Origin: Lama guanicoe
Lineage: Eukaryota
Reading direction: 5' to 3'
NCBI GenBank assembly: GCA_013239625.1
Contig: MU054187.1
Coordinates: 20,835,280-20,899,279 of the forward strand
Length of the DNA stretch: 64,000 nt
A program made the position numbers and the translations under genes. Shown here piece after piece: positions 13,430 through 25,479 of the stretch. The notes under the pieces are model-generated. The model did not search any database. It was not told the DNA's origin and worked only from the letters and a program-made list of their open reading frames with translations. Position 1 is the first letter of the stretch, and each line of letters begins with the position of its first letter.

Positions 13430-15005
13430 GTATTCTATATGTTTTAACACATTACTGAGAGTTAACTCACATACCATCTAATGATTACAATTAATTGTTT
13501 TGGGTTTTTTTTGGTATATTCAGAGTTGTGCCACCATCATCACAATCTAATTTTAAAACACTTTTGTCTCCCCAGAAAGAAATTTTATATCTCTTAGCAG
13601 TCTCTCCCCATCCCCCACCGTCTGCTACCAGCCCTTGGCAAACTATCTCTGTGGATTTGTCTATTCTGGACATTTTATATCAGTGGAATCATAACAATAT
13701 GTGGTCCTCTGTGACTGGCTTTTTAGTGTAATTTTTTCAAGATTCATCCACGTTGAAGCATTCAGCTGTACTTCATCCCTTTTCATTGATGAACAATACT
13801 CCATTGTATAAACATACAACATTCTATTTAACCACACATTAACAGAGGGACGTTTGAGCTGTTTCCACTTTGGGGCTATAATAAACAATATTGCTGGGAA
13901 CATTCACGCACCAGCTTTTGTGTGTATTTATGTTCTCATTTCTCTTGAGTTTGCTGGAATTCCTGGATCAAATGGTAACTCTCTATTTAACTTTTCAAGA
14001 AATTGTCAGGCTGTTTTTCAAAGCAGCTACATTTTTTACATTACCACATGTGACATTCTTGCCAACACTTATCTGGTTTTGTTTTGGGTTTTGTTTTGTT
14101 TTCTCTTTTTCTGGGTGTTTTTGTTTTTATTAGAGTCATCATAGTGGGTAATAAGTGGCATCTCACTGTTGTGATTTGCATTTCTTGATGATTAATAACA
14201 TTGAGTATGTTTGTATGCTTACTGGCCATGTGTGAACCTTCTAAGGGGACGTGTCTACCCAAATCCTTTGTCTATTGAAATGGTTTGGTATCAGAGTAAC
14301 AATGGCTTCATACAATGGGTTAGGAAATGTTCCTTCCTCTTCTAATTTTTGAGGTATATATAAAGAATTGGCATGCATTCTTATTTAAATGTGTGGTAAA
14401 GTTTACCAGTTAAGCCATTTGACCTGGCCTTTTCTTTATGGAAGTTTTCTAATTTCTAACTCAATCACTTTTATAGGTCTACTTAGATACTCTATTTCTT
14501 CTTGGGTAAGTTTTAGTAGCATTTAGTTTTCTAGGAATTTGACCCTTTCATTTGAGTTATCAAATTAGTTGGCACCCAGTTTTTCATAGTATTACTTTAT
14601 CAATCATTTTATTTCTTTATGGTCAGCACTAATGTCTCCCCTTTCATTCTTGATAGTCATAGTTTTGAGTTTTGTCAATTTTTAAAATCCTTTCAAAGAA
14701 CCAACTTTTTAAAATGCCTCTGTTGTTCCCCTATTTTCCACTTTATTAATTTCTACTCTAATCTCGATTATTTCCTTCCTTCTGCTTTCTTTGAGTTAGT
14801 TTGACTTCATTTCCAGAGTCTGAAGGTTAGGTCTTAAGATTAGGATACTGATGGAAAATCTTCCTTCTTTTTTAACATAAATCCTTCAGCCATAAATGTA
14901 CTTCTAAGTGCTGTTCTCTTTGTCTTCCTTATGTTCCAGTACATTGTATCTTCATTTCATTATTTTATCTCAAAATATTTTCTAACTTTTGTTGACATTT
15001 CTTCT
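13430..15005 (-). mobile_element. L1MB-type LINE, 3' end plus ORF2 fragments, antisense
   Basis: Degraded ORF2 C-terminal peptides in the ORF track (LFIIAPKWKQLKRPS; EMQITTVRCHL) and L1MB-like 3' UTR. Confidence 0.88.
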
Positions 15006-15239
15006 TTGAGCAACACCCTTCCTATTTGTAGAGCAGTTAATCATCTCTGGTACTGACTTAGTCTTACAAGGAGAAGGCAGGTGGGAGGAAGACAGGAAGA
15101 AAATGCTCTGAAACACCCCTAGGATTCTCTTAGTGAGACTTTTGAACCCACTACACACTTAATTCTACTGTGGTGCTAAATCCTAGGTGCACTTTGCTCT
15201 ACTTCCCTTTATGTTTTGTAAGTTGTGCTGAAATACATT

Positions 15240-15750
15240 TGAGGTGGAAAACCCCATACAAAAAGACTGGCAGGACCCCCAGGCAGGGCCACTACTCTCC
15301 TGCCAGCACCACCTGGTTCCCTGGTCCAGAGGCTCTATCTCACTTTCTGCCTCTGAAACGGCTTACTTCTAGTGGAACTTACCCCTAAAATTCTGTTGGC
15401 TCCCTGAGCTCACTCCTGACTGGTTATTTCCTTCACTCCTGATTGGTCCATTTCCCTCACTCCTGATTGGTTATTTCTCTCCCTCCTGATTGGTCCATTG
15501 CTACAAAGCTTGTTCCTAATTAGTCAACTTTTGTTGTACCTTATTTGCATATGATGTTGCAAAGTGTAAACTGGCAGCCTATAAAAGCCTGTGTAAATCT
15601 ACAGATGGGGTCTAGGGCTTGGAGTGTTAACTCCTTTGGGTCCTGCTGCCGTAATAAACCTGAGTTCTCCCACTCTCCAAGTGCTGCTTGGTCTCTCTCC
15701 TGGATCCAGTCTGCTGTCACAGCTGAGCCATAACATGTTTTTCTGCAACA
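15240..15750 (+). mobile_element. Complete ERV1-class solo LTR (511 bp)
   Basis: TG...CA termini; 4-bp TSD CATT (15236-15239, 15751-15754); TATAAAA 15580-15586; AATAAA 15653-15658; tandem ATTGG repeats; octamer ATTTGCAT 15543-15550. Confidence 0.92.
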
Positions 15751-15789
15751 CATTTACTCTTTCTTTCTTTCTTTTTGTAATAGGTAAGT

Positions 15790-16055
15790 TTTATTTTTCA
15801 TTTTATTTAATCTTTTTTAAAAAATTTACACAATTTGTAAAGGTTATGCACCATTTAGTTATTACAAACTACTGGCTATAGTCCCCATGTTGTACAATAC
15901 ATTCTTCTGGCCTGTCTTACACTCAATAGTTGTACCTCCCATCTCCCACCCTGTATTGCCCCATCCTCCTTCCCCACCAGGTGTAGCCAACAACTATTGT
16001 CTTCTCTATGTCTGTGAGTCTGCTTCTTTTTTTGTTATATTTACTAGTTTGTTGT
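15790..16055 (-). mobile_element. L1 3' UTR fragment, antisense
   Basis: T-rich tail then tggctatagtccccatgttgtacaataca...ttctctatgtctgtgagtctgcttc, typical of L1 3' UTR. Confidence 0.8.
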
Positions 16056-16469
16056 GAAATCCTTTTATTTTTAATCTGCTACCCATATTGTATTGTCTCT
16101 TCTCTTTTGATCCTTGATTACTTCTTTTACTATATTTAACTATATTTCGTTTTAAGGTATATATATTAGAAAGAAATTAAATTCATAAAAGTGCACATAA
16201 TTAGTAAATTAAAGAATAAAAGTAAGTTTGTAAGGCTGTCTGTCAACACATGCGTATATGTGAATACATATATGAATAGATATACACATGTATATACACA
16301 TTTTTGTAAAATATATTTAACTTATTAAGCCCAAAATGAAATTGAATATTAGTAAATATTTATTTATACTTCTAGGATTTTACTGAACTACTGGTATTTT
16401 ATTTGCTTTGAAATATGAATAACATGTTGTTATATCATTAAGGATGCAGCACATACATGCATAGTAAAT

Positions 16470-16471
<2 letters not shown>

Positions 16472-16506
<35 letters not shown>

Positions 16507-16512
16507 TACACA
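16472..16512. repeat. (CA)n microsatellite
   Basis: Direct reading. Confidence 0.97.
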
Positions 16513-16639
16513 AAATCCAAGATACAGTGGTATAAATTCTGGGCCAACAGCCATATCATTGTTGCTAGTAATTTTCTCTCCTTAAACTGAAATATCCCAA
16601 AAGACTATGTCTTTCTAATTTGGGTCCATATCTTAAGTA

Positions 16640-16830
16640 ACAGTAGGAATACTTGCAATGCCTTTTATGTACTAGGAACTATGCATGTATTATCTTATTC
16701 AACCCTCACAGAAATTCCATAAGGTAGGTGCTTTCAATGTTACCATTTAGTAGAGGAACACTTGAACTTGGAGAGATATTAAGCAACAAAACAAAAGCAC
16801 TCAGGTGGTAAGTAAGCCACAGAGCTAGGA
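16640..16830 (-). mobile_element. MIR SINE
   Basis: tatcttattcaaccctcacag...ataaggtaggtg...ccatttagtagaggaacac, antisense MIR. Confidence 0.7.
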
Positions 16831-17524
16831 GCACCTACCTTCTCCAGAAGTCTTGTAGAAAGACTCTGGCTCAGCCAGAATCTACCAGCATCAGGAAGCT
16901 AGTGGTTCAAGAGATACAAATGTGATGTGGTCCATCGCAGATTCTGTTAAAATGATTAAATAGTTGGAAATGTGTATATTTTTCTAATTCTCCTCCTCTT
17001 TCTCTTCCTGACTTCTGACAGTATTGTCATCAACCTATAGCAGTGGTCATTCCAGGTCAAATGACTGCCTATTTCTCAAGGTTCTTGAAAGTGAGAATCA
17101 CAGTTTTCCTGAAGTAACAACAAGAGATAGAAAATTCCCTCATCAAACTAATTGCAAATCCCTACAAATATTGTATCCCTACAAAACTCTAGGGACACAT
17201 CTGGCTTTGCAGGATTTGCTGTACAAGGTCACAGATGACACTATGTTAGATGTATAGTTCACAGGTGCATTCACCTTATATCCTTCGTGACATTTTATTG
17301 GCTCTCATGCTGTTATGGGTAATAGGGTAATGTCCACAGAACCAAAAATGGCAAAAGAGTTTTTCTCCCATTACCTGTGCTTTTTCAGTTTTTTAAATAA
17401 GAAAATCATAAGAGGAGCACAGTAGGAAGGTGTCTCCAGTTCAAATTAAGAATCACATATTGTAGCCAACAAAGGATAGATATAAAACAACAGTTCTGTG
17501 TTTTTATGTAGAAAATTGTTGCAT

Positions 17525-17689
17525 GTTTTGAAACTTGTAATTATGTGAAGTGATGAAATTAACTAAACATTATGGCAATCATTCTGCTACAGACACATAT
17601 ATTGAATAATTTATGTCGTACACCTTAAACTATTACAATGTTACATGTCAATTATATATGAATAAAACTGGGGAAAATATTTAAAAAAA
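17525..17689 (+). mobile_element. Short L1MA-type 3' end with TSD
   Basis: gtacaccttaaactattacaatgttacatgtcaattatatatgAATAAA plus A tail; AGAAAATTGTTG repeated at 17510-17521 and 17690-17701. Confidence 0.85.
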
Positions 17690-18361
17690 AGAAAATTGTT
17701 GTATTTTTGGGCCCCAGAAGAGTAAGTTGTTTTTGAATTTCTAGGATGAGTCACAGAATAAATAGATTATAGTTTTTCTGCTCTATGACCTATTTGTTAA
17801 TTGTAAAGAACTAACATTTTAAATTTTACTGATTCATTTTAATTCTTTGTGAATCTCAAATGAGCAGCTTGTTGGATAAATTGTATATGACATAAATGTT
17901 GTGTGGTTAGAAAAAGAACCCCAAGAATGAGACAATTATGTATCAAATGGAAAGTATAATGGGAATTTTGTGTGAATAAAAATAATATAAATCTCATTTG
18001 CATTTAAGAGTATGAAAAGATGCATGGTGATGAAAATATAATTTAATAGTGCAGCTAAGCAGCAGTGTTTCTTCATATGCAGTCAAATAGACAAATTAAG
18101 AAAAACCTGGTTAGGTCCTAAAGAATGCATCGGTAATGTATGAGAAGGAGACAGGAGGCTGAGCGCACAGCAGCACTACTGAAGGATTACTGCAAGATTC
18201 CTTGTAACCAAAAGGGTAGCTGTTTCCTTAAGTAAGATTTACAAAGTGGGAGAGCAGGATAAAGAAGTGAAAAGAGAGAAAATAAACAGATACAGCTTAA
18301 AGGATTATTAAAAATGGATAAGGCACTAAGGCAGCAAGTATCATACAGGCAGAGGACTTAC

Positions 18362-18410
18362 CTTTGGGAATTTCACTTAATTAGAATACAGTGTCGTCAA
18401 TCAGTCATTC
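18362..18410 (-). ncRNA. Candidate 49-nt noncoding internal exon (lncRNA or 5' UTR)
   Basis: Minus strand: tttcctttctgtctctgcAG|GAATGACTG...TTCCCAAAG|GTAAGT; strong acceptor and donor; stops in all three frames. Confidence 0.5.
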
Positions 18411-19852
18411 CTGCAGAGACAGAAAGGAAACGTATCAAACGTTAAAAAGAGACAATGATTCTCCAAGTCGGTAGTGTCAGCCTACAGTCGAGGCAGGACA
18501 CTTACTTTCTAATGATGCAAATGGCATATAAATCAGTCTAAGGAATTTCATCTTAAAACGAAACTTCTTCTAAAACAGTCAAATTGCAAGTAAGATTTTA
18601 TTAAAATTTTTAAGCAAGGGAATACTTCTGTGGTAATTTTACAATACAACAGATTATTTCTTCCAAGTAAGGAGACAGTGACCTAGGAAGTTAAGCTTGA
18701 CAAAAGCGAATGACTGAAAACTTCAGAGAGGTAGTGCCTGGCTAACACTTATAATTCATTAAGAACTCTCTCTGTCTTTTCCTCTCTCGCTCTCTGAAGT
18801 TAATTTATATTTTGCACTGAGAAGACCCAAAATATTTGTTTGTTAATATTTATCCCAGTATAAACTAGATTATGTCATCATTTTATTGGTTTCTGATACT
18901 AGGTAAGGATTTTGGGGTAAAAACCACCTTACTAATTGTCATAGTTTCTCAGTGTTATTTTTAAATGGACATTATTCTTTACTCCTTTCTCAGCTGAAGA
19001 AATGTAAGAGGCACTATGTTTTAATTGGAAAAGAAATGCAGGTCATACAAAATTGGCCGATGTATAGTTTCACTGATTATTTTTCTCTTCCTTAAGAAAA
19101 TTGGTTACATGGTTAAGCTTAAAGATCAATAAATGACAATCATTATGAGACTTTTACATTAGTTCTAATAACGTGGTCGATTCGATAGGAAAGTGAGATC
19201 ACCTCACTCAATAAATAGACTGACTGTGTTTCTATCTCGGGGTAAAAAACAATACTAAACATGTCACCTCACACTGTTAACGGCTGTACATATTGTTATA
19301 AATAAATTTGAAAGAGCTGAAATAATCAACCAACTAAAAAGAAAGCTTGACAAATTTAAGCACCTGGACTGAGAGAAAAAAAATAATTTAAGCAAATCTT
19401 TGTCACAAGGTAGTTCTGTTTTAATGACAGCATGTGAGCTTTGGTTGAATGCCCAGATGCTGTAATTTTTTTGTTTGTGTTTGCCTTGCCAGTTTAGTGA
19501 GGGCTGAAATCCTAAAGTAGCAACAGAAGCGAGTGACAGCCCACAAGTTAGTAACGAGTCAGGAAGAGCTGACTTTTTACCTTTTGCTACACTTGACTTC
19601 ATAGGTTTTGGATTCAGAATAATATATTTTTATTAAATATTCTCCTTGTGGAAATGACTGTCATACTAAAAGTTAAATAAAACGAAGGTATGATTTTGCC
19701 CTCCAAAGACTGACAGAGTTTTAGAAGCATGGCTTTATCTATGTAGGCAACGTGAAATTGAAAGTTAGGAAAATGTATCTACCTAATTGAAGGAGAAAAC
19801 TTCCTCTCCCATTAAAGGGAGAAGAAAACACTTCAGCAAGAATAAGCAACTC

Positions 19853-20375
19853 TATCCGCAATAGGAAAGAACAAGTCTGACTCCATATTAAGTCTGTTCC
19901 TTTGGTGTTAACCCTGTGCTCTGTTTCCGGGGCTCAGTCCTGCTGCTTCTGCACCTGTTGTAAAAGCACGTTGCCTGTAGCCTGAGACAGACAGGGAGCC
20001 CATTCTCACGGCTCTGACCTTTAGGGGTATTAACACTTTTCTATTCATATAGAGGTAAAAAGTTGCAGAATAGAAAATGACATTTGTTTTGTTGGAGGCT
20101 TACAGGGACACCATGATCTCACCTATGTGGACAGCTGCAAGAACAAAGGATTCCCACACTAAGAAATTTTCAGCAACCAACTACATCCCTTCCCCTCTGA
20201 AGCATTAAAGGAGCCTGAATTCTGACTTGGGGACGATGGGTCTCCAGGACATTAGTCTGCCGTTTTCTCGGTCTGCTGGCTTTCTGAATAAAGTCATTGT
20301 TCCTGCCCCAACACCTTGTCTCCCGGTTTATTGGCCTGTCGTGCAGCGAGCAGAACGAGTTTGGGCTTGGTAATA
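19853..20375 (+). mobile_element. ERV solo LTR (MER41/LTR8-like)
   Basis: tctgactccatatt near the start, AATAAA in the R region, end gagcagaacgagtttgggcttggtaata; flanked by (A/G)ACTC. Confidence 0.85.
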
Positions 20376-20989
20376 GACTCTTCAGATACTTGCTCTACCT
20401 TACCACACCAGGTAGATGTGGTGTTTTAACCTTATTATGGTTAATAGATACATCTCGTTAAAATTAAAATGTAAATAGTGCTCAGTTTTTTAAGTCACAC
20501 CTTCAAACTAGACTTAGCAGTTATTGTTCAGTGGTAGAAAGGCTTTTAGAGGTGCTAATGAGGATTATTTTAGTACCAGCTGGCTATCAAGCTGAGCAAA
20601 AGTCTGAACAGGGCTTTGGAAAGCAAAGCTTCTGGTGTCTTTTACACACGATGGGAAGATGGTATGAGGTTGCAGTGGAAGACTGTGCTGTGGAGCGGAA
20701 CATGGCACTGGTGAAATCAAAATGGCCTCCACTTACTGCCATTCTGCCATGGTTGTGAAGCTCGATTATTATGCAGAAGTCATGCTATCTTTACATAAGC
20801 TTGGATGTTAAAACTTAACACTTTTGCCTCAGTGCCCCTGTTGAATTACGAGTCTACTATCAACACAAGAGCAATAAAATGGATGTCTTTCTTATATCCA
20901 GCTAGTACATTAATACTAACAAACAGCCTAATTTATTATCTAGTCACTTGGCAGATGGTAGAAACTAATATAATTTTGGAATTTGTTTT

Positions 20990-21115
20990 TCTTCTCTGCT
21001 GCACTGTACGCAGGAAGTGCTGTATTGTATTCATTGGTTTGTCTCTAGTGCCTGGAATGGAACGTGGTAAATGCTTAATAAGTATTCTTGAGTGAATGAA
21101 TGAATGAATGAATGG
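20990..21115 (+). mobile_element. L2 3' terminus
   Basis: tctagtgcctggaatggaacgtggtaaatgcttaataagtattcttgag(TGAA)n, the canonical L2 tail. Confidence 0.8.
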
Positions 21116-22569
21116 TTCTTTGTTTGTTTTGTTTATGTGACAAAGAAAAAGGAAGGGAGGAAGAAAAGAAGAGAGATGGGGGAGGGAGGGAGGAAGAAAG
21201 ATTCACTCTAAAAAATACTAGCATCATACATTGTTTGTGCCGATACAGCGCACTCAAATGGACAAGAGTAATCACACAATGCTTATGACTATACAAATAT
21301 TTCCCCCTGGGAAAAAATTTAGCATCTGTCACATGGAGGAGTTCAGAGGTGTAACACTATGATGAGGAGGAAGCAGACATAAATCAGCACATTTCCCTAG
21401 AAGAGTCACTGGAGCCATTAGTGGGTCTAAACCTTTTAAGCAGGAGTCTGGCTTAGCTGTGCCTGACTGGCCCATCTGGGTTTAGCTAGAGGTGATTTGA
21501 TCTATCAAAGAATTACAGAAGTTCACCACTCATGGATTAGCTAGGAATGATTAAAGGGAACCACTAGTGCAGACTAAAGAAGTATCTCCACTGCTTCAGG
21601 CTTCCTGAGTCAGTGTACCATCCACATGAACAACCCTTGTATCCCAATGAAAGAGTAATTTTGGCTTTTTGTCTTTGGAACAGTCTTCTACTAGAGGGGA
21701 ATGGCATGGAATTAATTCTGTAGATTAAATGTCATTTAGAGTGAATTTATTTGTGTGTGTACCCTCAAAGGATTTCAAAGAAGGGGCTTGTTTAATAAGA
21801 GTAAATAAGTGAATAAAATAAGCAATCTGACTTCCACCCTCTAGCTAAGAATTTATATATTTGCTCCTGACCAGCCACTAGAAATGAAATAAGTAGCTAA
21901 TTAATGGAGTAATGTGGTAACACAGATAAATTATAGATTAAGATTAGGTTCAATTTTAACCATATTGAAGCTTAGTATTTAGAGCAATATACATTAAATG
22001 TATAAATGACCCTGCACTGTTCAGAAATTAACCAACATGTCATAAGTTATCCAAAATAGGATATGTATGCCTGGGTCCTAAATGCATAGACATTATAGCA
22101 AAAAATACTAAGATCTCAGAGAAATATCTTAGGAATTATTATTAATTTGGATGCTCCCTCAAATTTTCAATATCCAAATTTATCATAATTGCTTTGTAAC
22201 TATTAGGTAAAACTATATCAAAGGCATATCTTTTATTTTAATGTAATTAAGTTAATACTGCTGTTTCAACAATACTCAGTATTGTTGTTTTGAAACACAC
22301 TTCAGTTACTAAGAAAAAGATTTGAGTTACTTTGATTTTTATAAGACATATTAATATACATGCTTTCTTTTAAAATATAATTATACCTTTAAAAATGCAA
22401 AGACTAACAACCAGACAAAGCCTTACAAAGGCAAGTTTTTACTTTAACCTAAAGGGAAACTAACTGGAGCTTGTTCTAAGCTAAATTCAACAACAACAAC
22501 AAGAAAATTAGTGTGGTGGAACGTGATTCAAATACTCAGAGCCGTAAGATTGAGTCTACTGTCCAGTGC

Positions 22570-23410
22570 CCGGTTGTCCCGCCCAGGGGAACATGTGTTC
22601 ACGTGGGACAGATGGTGTAGGGAGCTGATGAAGATTACAGAGTATCAGATAAACTGGAGTGAAAAAAAAATGCTAGTCTTAAAGAAAAAAAAATTTCCTA
22701 TTTAAAATGCAAGGTATCTAGGATAAGTTTTGAAAACGTGCATATCCCTTATCCAAACATTTATTATAGATGTAATCATCTAACACCAAATTATCTAACA
22801 CCAGTATTTTCTCCTGATCCAATGGGTTGGATCACACAACCACAAAACTACAAACTATTAACAGATATTCTCTCAGTGAGTCATGCTTGGTGACTTACTT
22901 CCTCCTTTTTACAAATGACAGCCAATCAATAAAAACAGAGCAATCCTTGAGTCCTGTTGCTTGAACCCAGGGACACACTCTTCCAGCTGGCTGGCCACAG
23001 GTTGTTCTGCCCCTACGGTTTGTTTATGAATAATAAACTTCTTGGCAGTATGCCTTGTTTTGAAAACACATTGATCTTCCTTCAATGAGTCACATGAAAA
23101 TCCCAGCACTGCTCCGTTATTTTTAATTTAACCCTTTAATGATGAACGTGCCTGTTTTATTTTGCTTAGACATGGAAGTTATATCAAAATTACTTTGGAA
23201 ACTTAAGGATAAATAAACTAAGACATGTCTTTTCCTCCCGCAGTAACGTAAGCCTTCCATTTTTCATTTCTTCTTCCATTCTGTTTCCTCTTATGAAACA
23301 AGACAGCTTCCAGCCTCACTCCGGGGCTCATGCAGAGGGATGTTGGAGGCTGATGGTACAGAGAATGGAGGGAGGAGCCCCACTTCCCTCCCAGGCCACG
23401 TGTCACATGT
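22570..23410. promoter_or_regulatory. Candidate enhancer/promoter with AP-1, NF-Y, E-box and GC-box motifs
   Basis: TGAGTCA at 22877 and 23086; AGCCAATCA at 22920-22928; CACGTG at 22600 and 23397; CCCGCCC at 22578; mostly non-repetitive. Confidence 0.35.
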
Positions 23411-23536
23411 TCATTTCCAGGTCTGCTGAACTGACTCCCAATAGCACAACTCATCAAGCCCACAGCTAGCCACATTTTTTTCTTCAGTATTTTTCATTTT
23501 CCAGGTCTGTGAAAAATATTAACAAGAGTGTCTTTT

Positions 23537-23632
23537 ATTCTCTAAAATGTTACTGAGTTTGACTTCCAATTCTCTAAAATGTTATTGAATCTGACTTCAA
23601 ATTCTCTAAAATGTTATTAAGTCTGGCTTCAA
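23537..23632. repeat. 32-bp tandem repeat, 3 copies
   Basis: Unit attctctaaaatgttaYtRaRtYtgRcttcMa starts at 23537, 23569 and 23601. Confidence 0.93.
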
Positions 23633-24659
23633 ATTTGTAAAAATTTGTATGGAATAAATAGTCATATAATAGTCACACGTGGCTTCTTCTTGTTTTTTTG
23701 AAAGTGTAGAACTTGAGAAAAGAAATGAGAGGGTGAGGTCAGAGGCTTTTATACTATTATTCCTTGTTAGTTATTTTTTTTCAAAACTTCAAAAGGCTGA
23801 TGGCCAGGAGAGCAAGAAAGAAACTGTGGGAGTGCAGAGGCAGTGAAGAGGAGAAGAAACCATAGTCAGAAGCAGTGAGTTTAACAGAAGTAAACACTAA
23901 AGCAATAAAATATGACCTAGGAGGAGGCAAGGGAGTCAGAAGTAGAACACTTAATCTAGATGGGAAGAAAGACTTCTATGACAAATTAAGTATTAAATAG
24001 GAAATATAGAAATCCGCATAAGTACACATAGGAGAATCAAGCATTGCCCAAATGGAGCAGACAACCTCCTTACTATGATGCCATGCAGGCAGCTGAATCA
24101 GCTGTGCATGTAAAAGGGCTGAGTTTGCCCAAATTTGGCCAGAAGCAGGCAGAGATAAGAATGGATTTCAGCAGGAGGTGGTACGTCCAATGAAGCTTGG
24201 AGGAAAAAAAACATTAGAAAAGAGATATGTAGATCTTGACTATAAAAATGGCCAGTGGCCAAATGACAGAGGAGTCAGGCAGAGACATGAATAAGCCAGA
24301 ATCAGAGGCCACAAGTAAGCGAATTTATAATCGTGTCCCTGTGCTAGTGGTGTTAACCAAGTTCTACTGCCGCAGAAAGTGGCAACGTCCAGTACATGCT
24401 CCTTAGACTGAGATATCAAATTAAGAAAATGGAGTGAAGACTAGGTGATGCAGAAGTAGGAATCCGTGAGAAGACTAGGAATAGATGCGATAAAAAGATC
24501 AGCTTCTTGGAAACATAGTAGGGACACAATAAACCTCAACGCAAATCCTTACTATGGGATTTGGCACTTGCCATCAGCTTTCTCCAGTTGTTTTCCAATT
24601 CTTCTTAGCATGAATCCGACCTTCCTGACTTGTAGGCGAGCACACAATTGCCCAGAATA

Positions 24660-25155
24660 CGTTAGAAGAAAAGTCTTCATGGGTCTCTTATGTTTCTGCA
24701 CACCTTTTTTTCCCAGGCTATCATTTCTAAGATGTTTGGGCAACAAATAGCCTTGGAAGATGGAGATAGACTTCCTTCAAGGCAATGGCTGTATTTGTTT
24801 CCCAGCCAGATAATAAAGATAATGTCTTCCCAAGGGGCAAAGTTTGGGCAGGTTTTCTAGAAGTCCCTTATAAAACTGGGGTTTCCTAAGCACAGTGTTC
24901 CTCAGCTCTGACACAGACCTACTGTGCACGTGGCATCCATGTGGACCCACATCTGTGAGCCCCGCGTGGGTGCTGGGGAGCAAGGGAAACCAACACACAC
25001 ATATAGCTCACGCTGCCTGCTCTGCTGTGATTGACAGCATCGTCTGCCTTTTCCCTCAGAGTCTCATGTCTTCTGCCTGCATCTATGAAACTATGGCAAC
25101 CTAAGTGATTAGCTTGCAAATAGGGTCAAGTCTCAGGTACTGTACAACTTTTGGT
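24660..25155 (+). mobile_element. ERVL-type solo LTR (LTR47/MER76-like)
   Basis: aagtcttcatgggtctcttatgtttctgcac, agccttggaagatggagatag, ataataaagataatgtct, ccttataaaa, gagtctcatgtcttctgcc. Confidence 0.75.
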
Positions 25156-25479
25156 GGATTCAGGATTTTATTCCCCAGCTTCAACTTCAGTTCAGTAATT
25201 GATGCAGGACTAACTTCTGACTCGTGGGATTTGAGCAACAGTGTTTTCTGACTTTCAAGGACGTGTCTTTATAACTAGAGACCACGGGCTTCTTATTTTC
25301 TTTCTGCTGGATGAGATGCAGATGGAAGTGTTGAAACTTAGCATCCATCTTGGGATATAATTTGACTTTAGGAATAAAATCCATGCAGTAACAAGCAATA
25401 AGATAGGTCCCACGGTGTCTGACACTGTATAGGATTTTTATAAAATGCATGAATGTAGTTTTCTTTTTTATTAAGCACT

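Noticed and set aside
23537..23632. CRISPR-like 32-bp repeats
   Set aside because: Head-to-tail units without spacers, in a mammalian context with no cas genes
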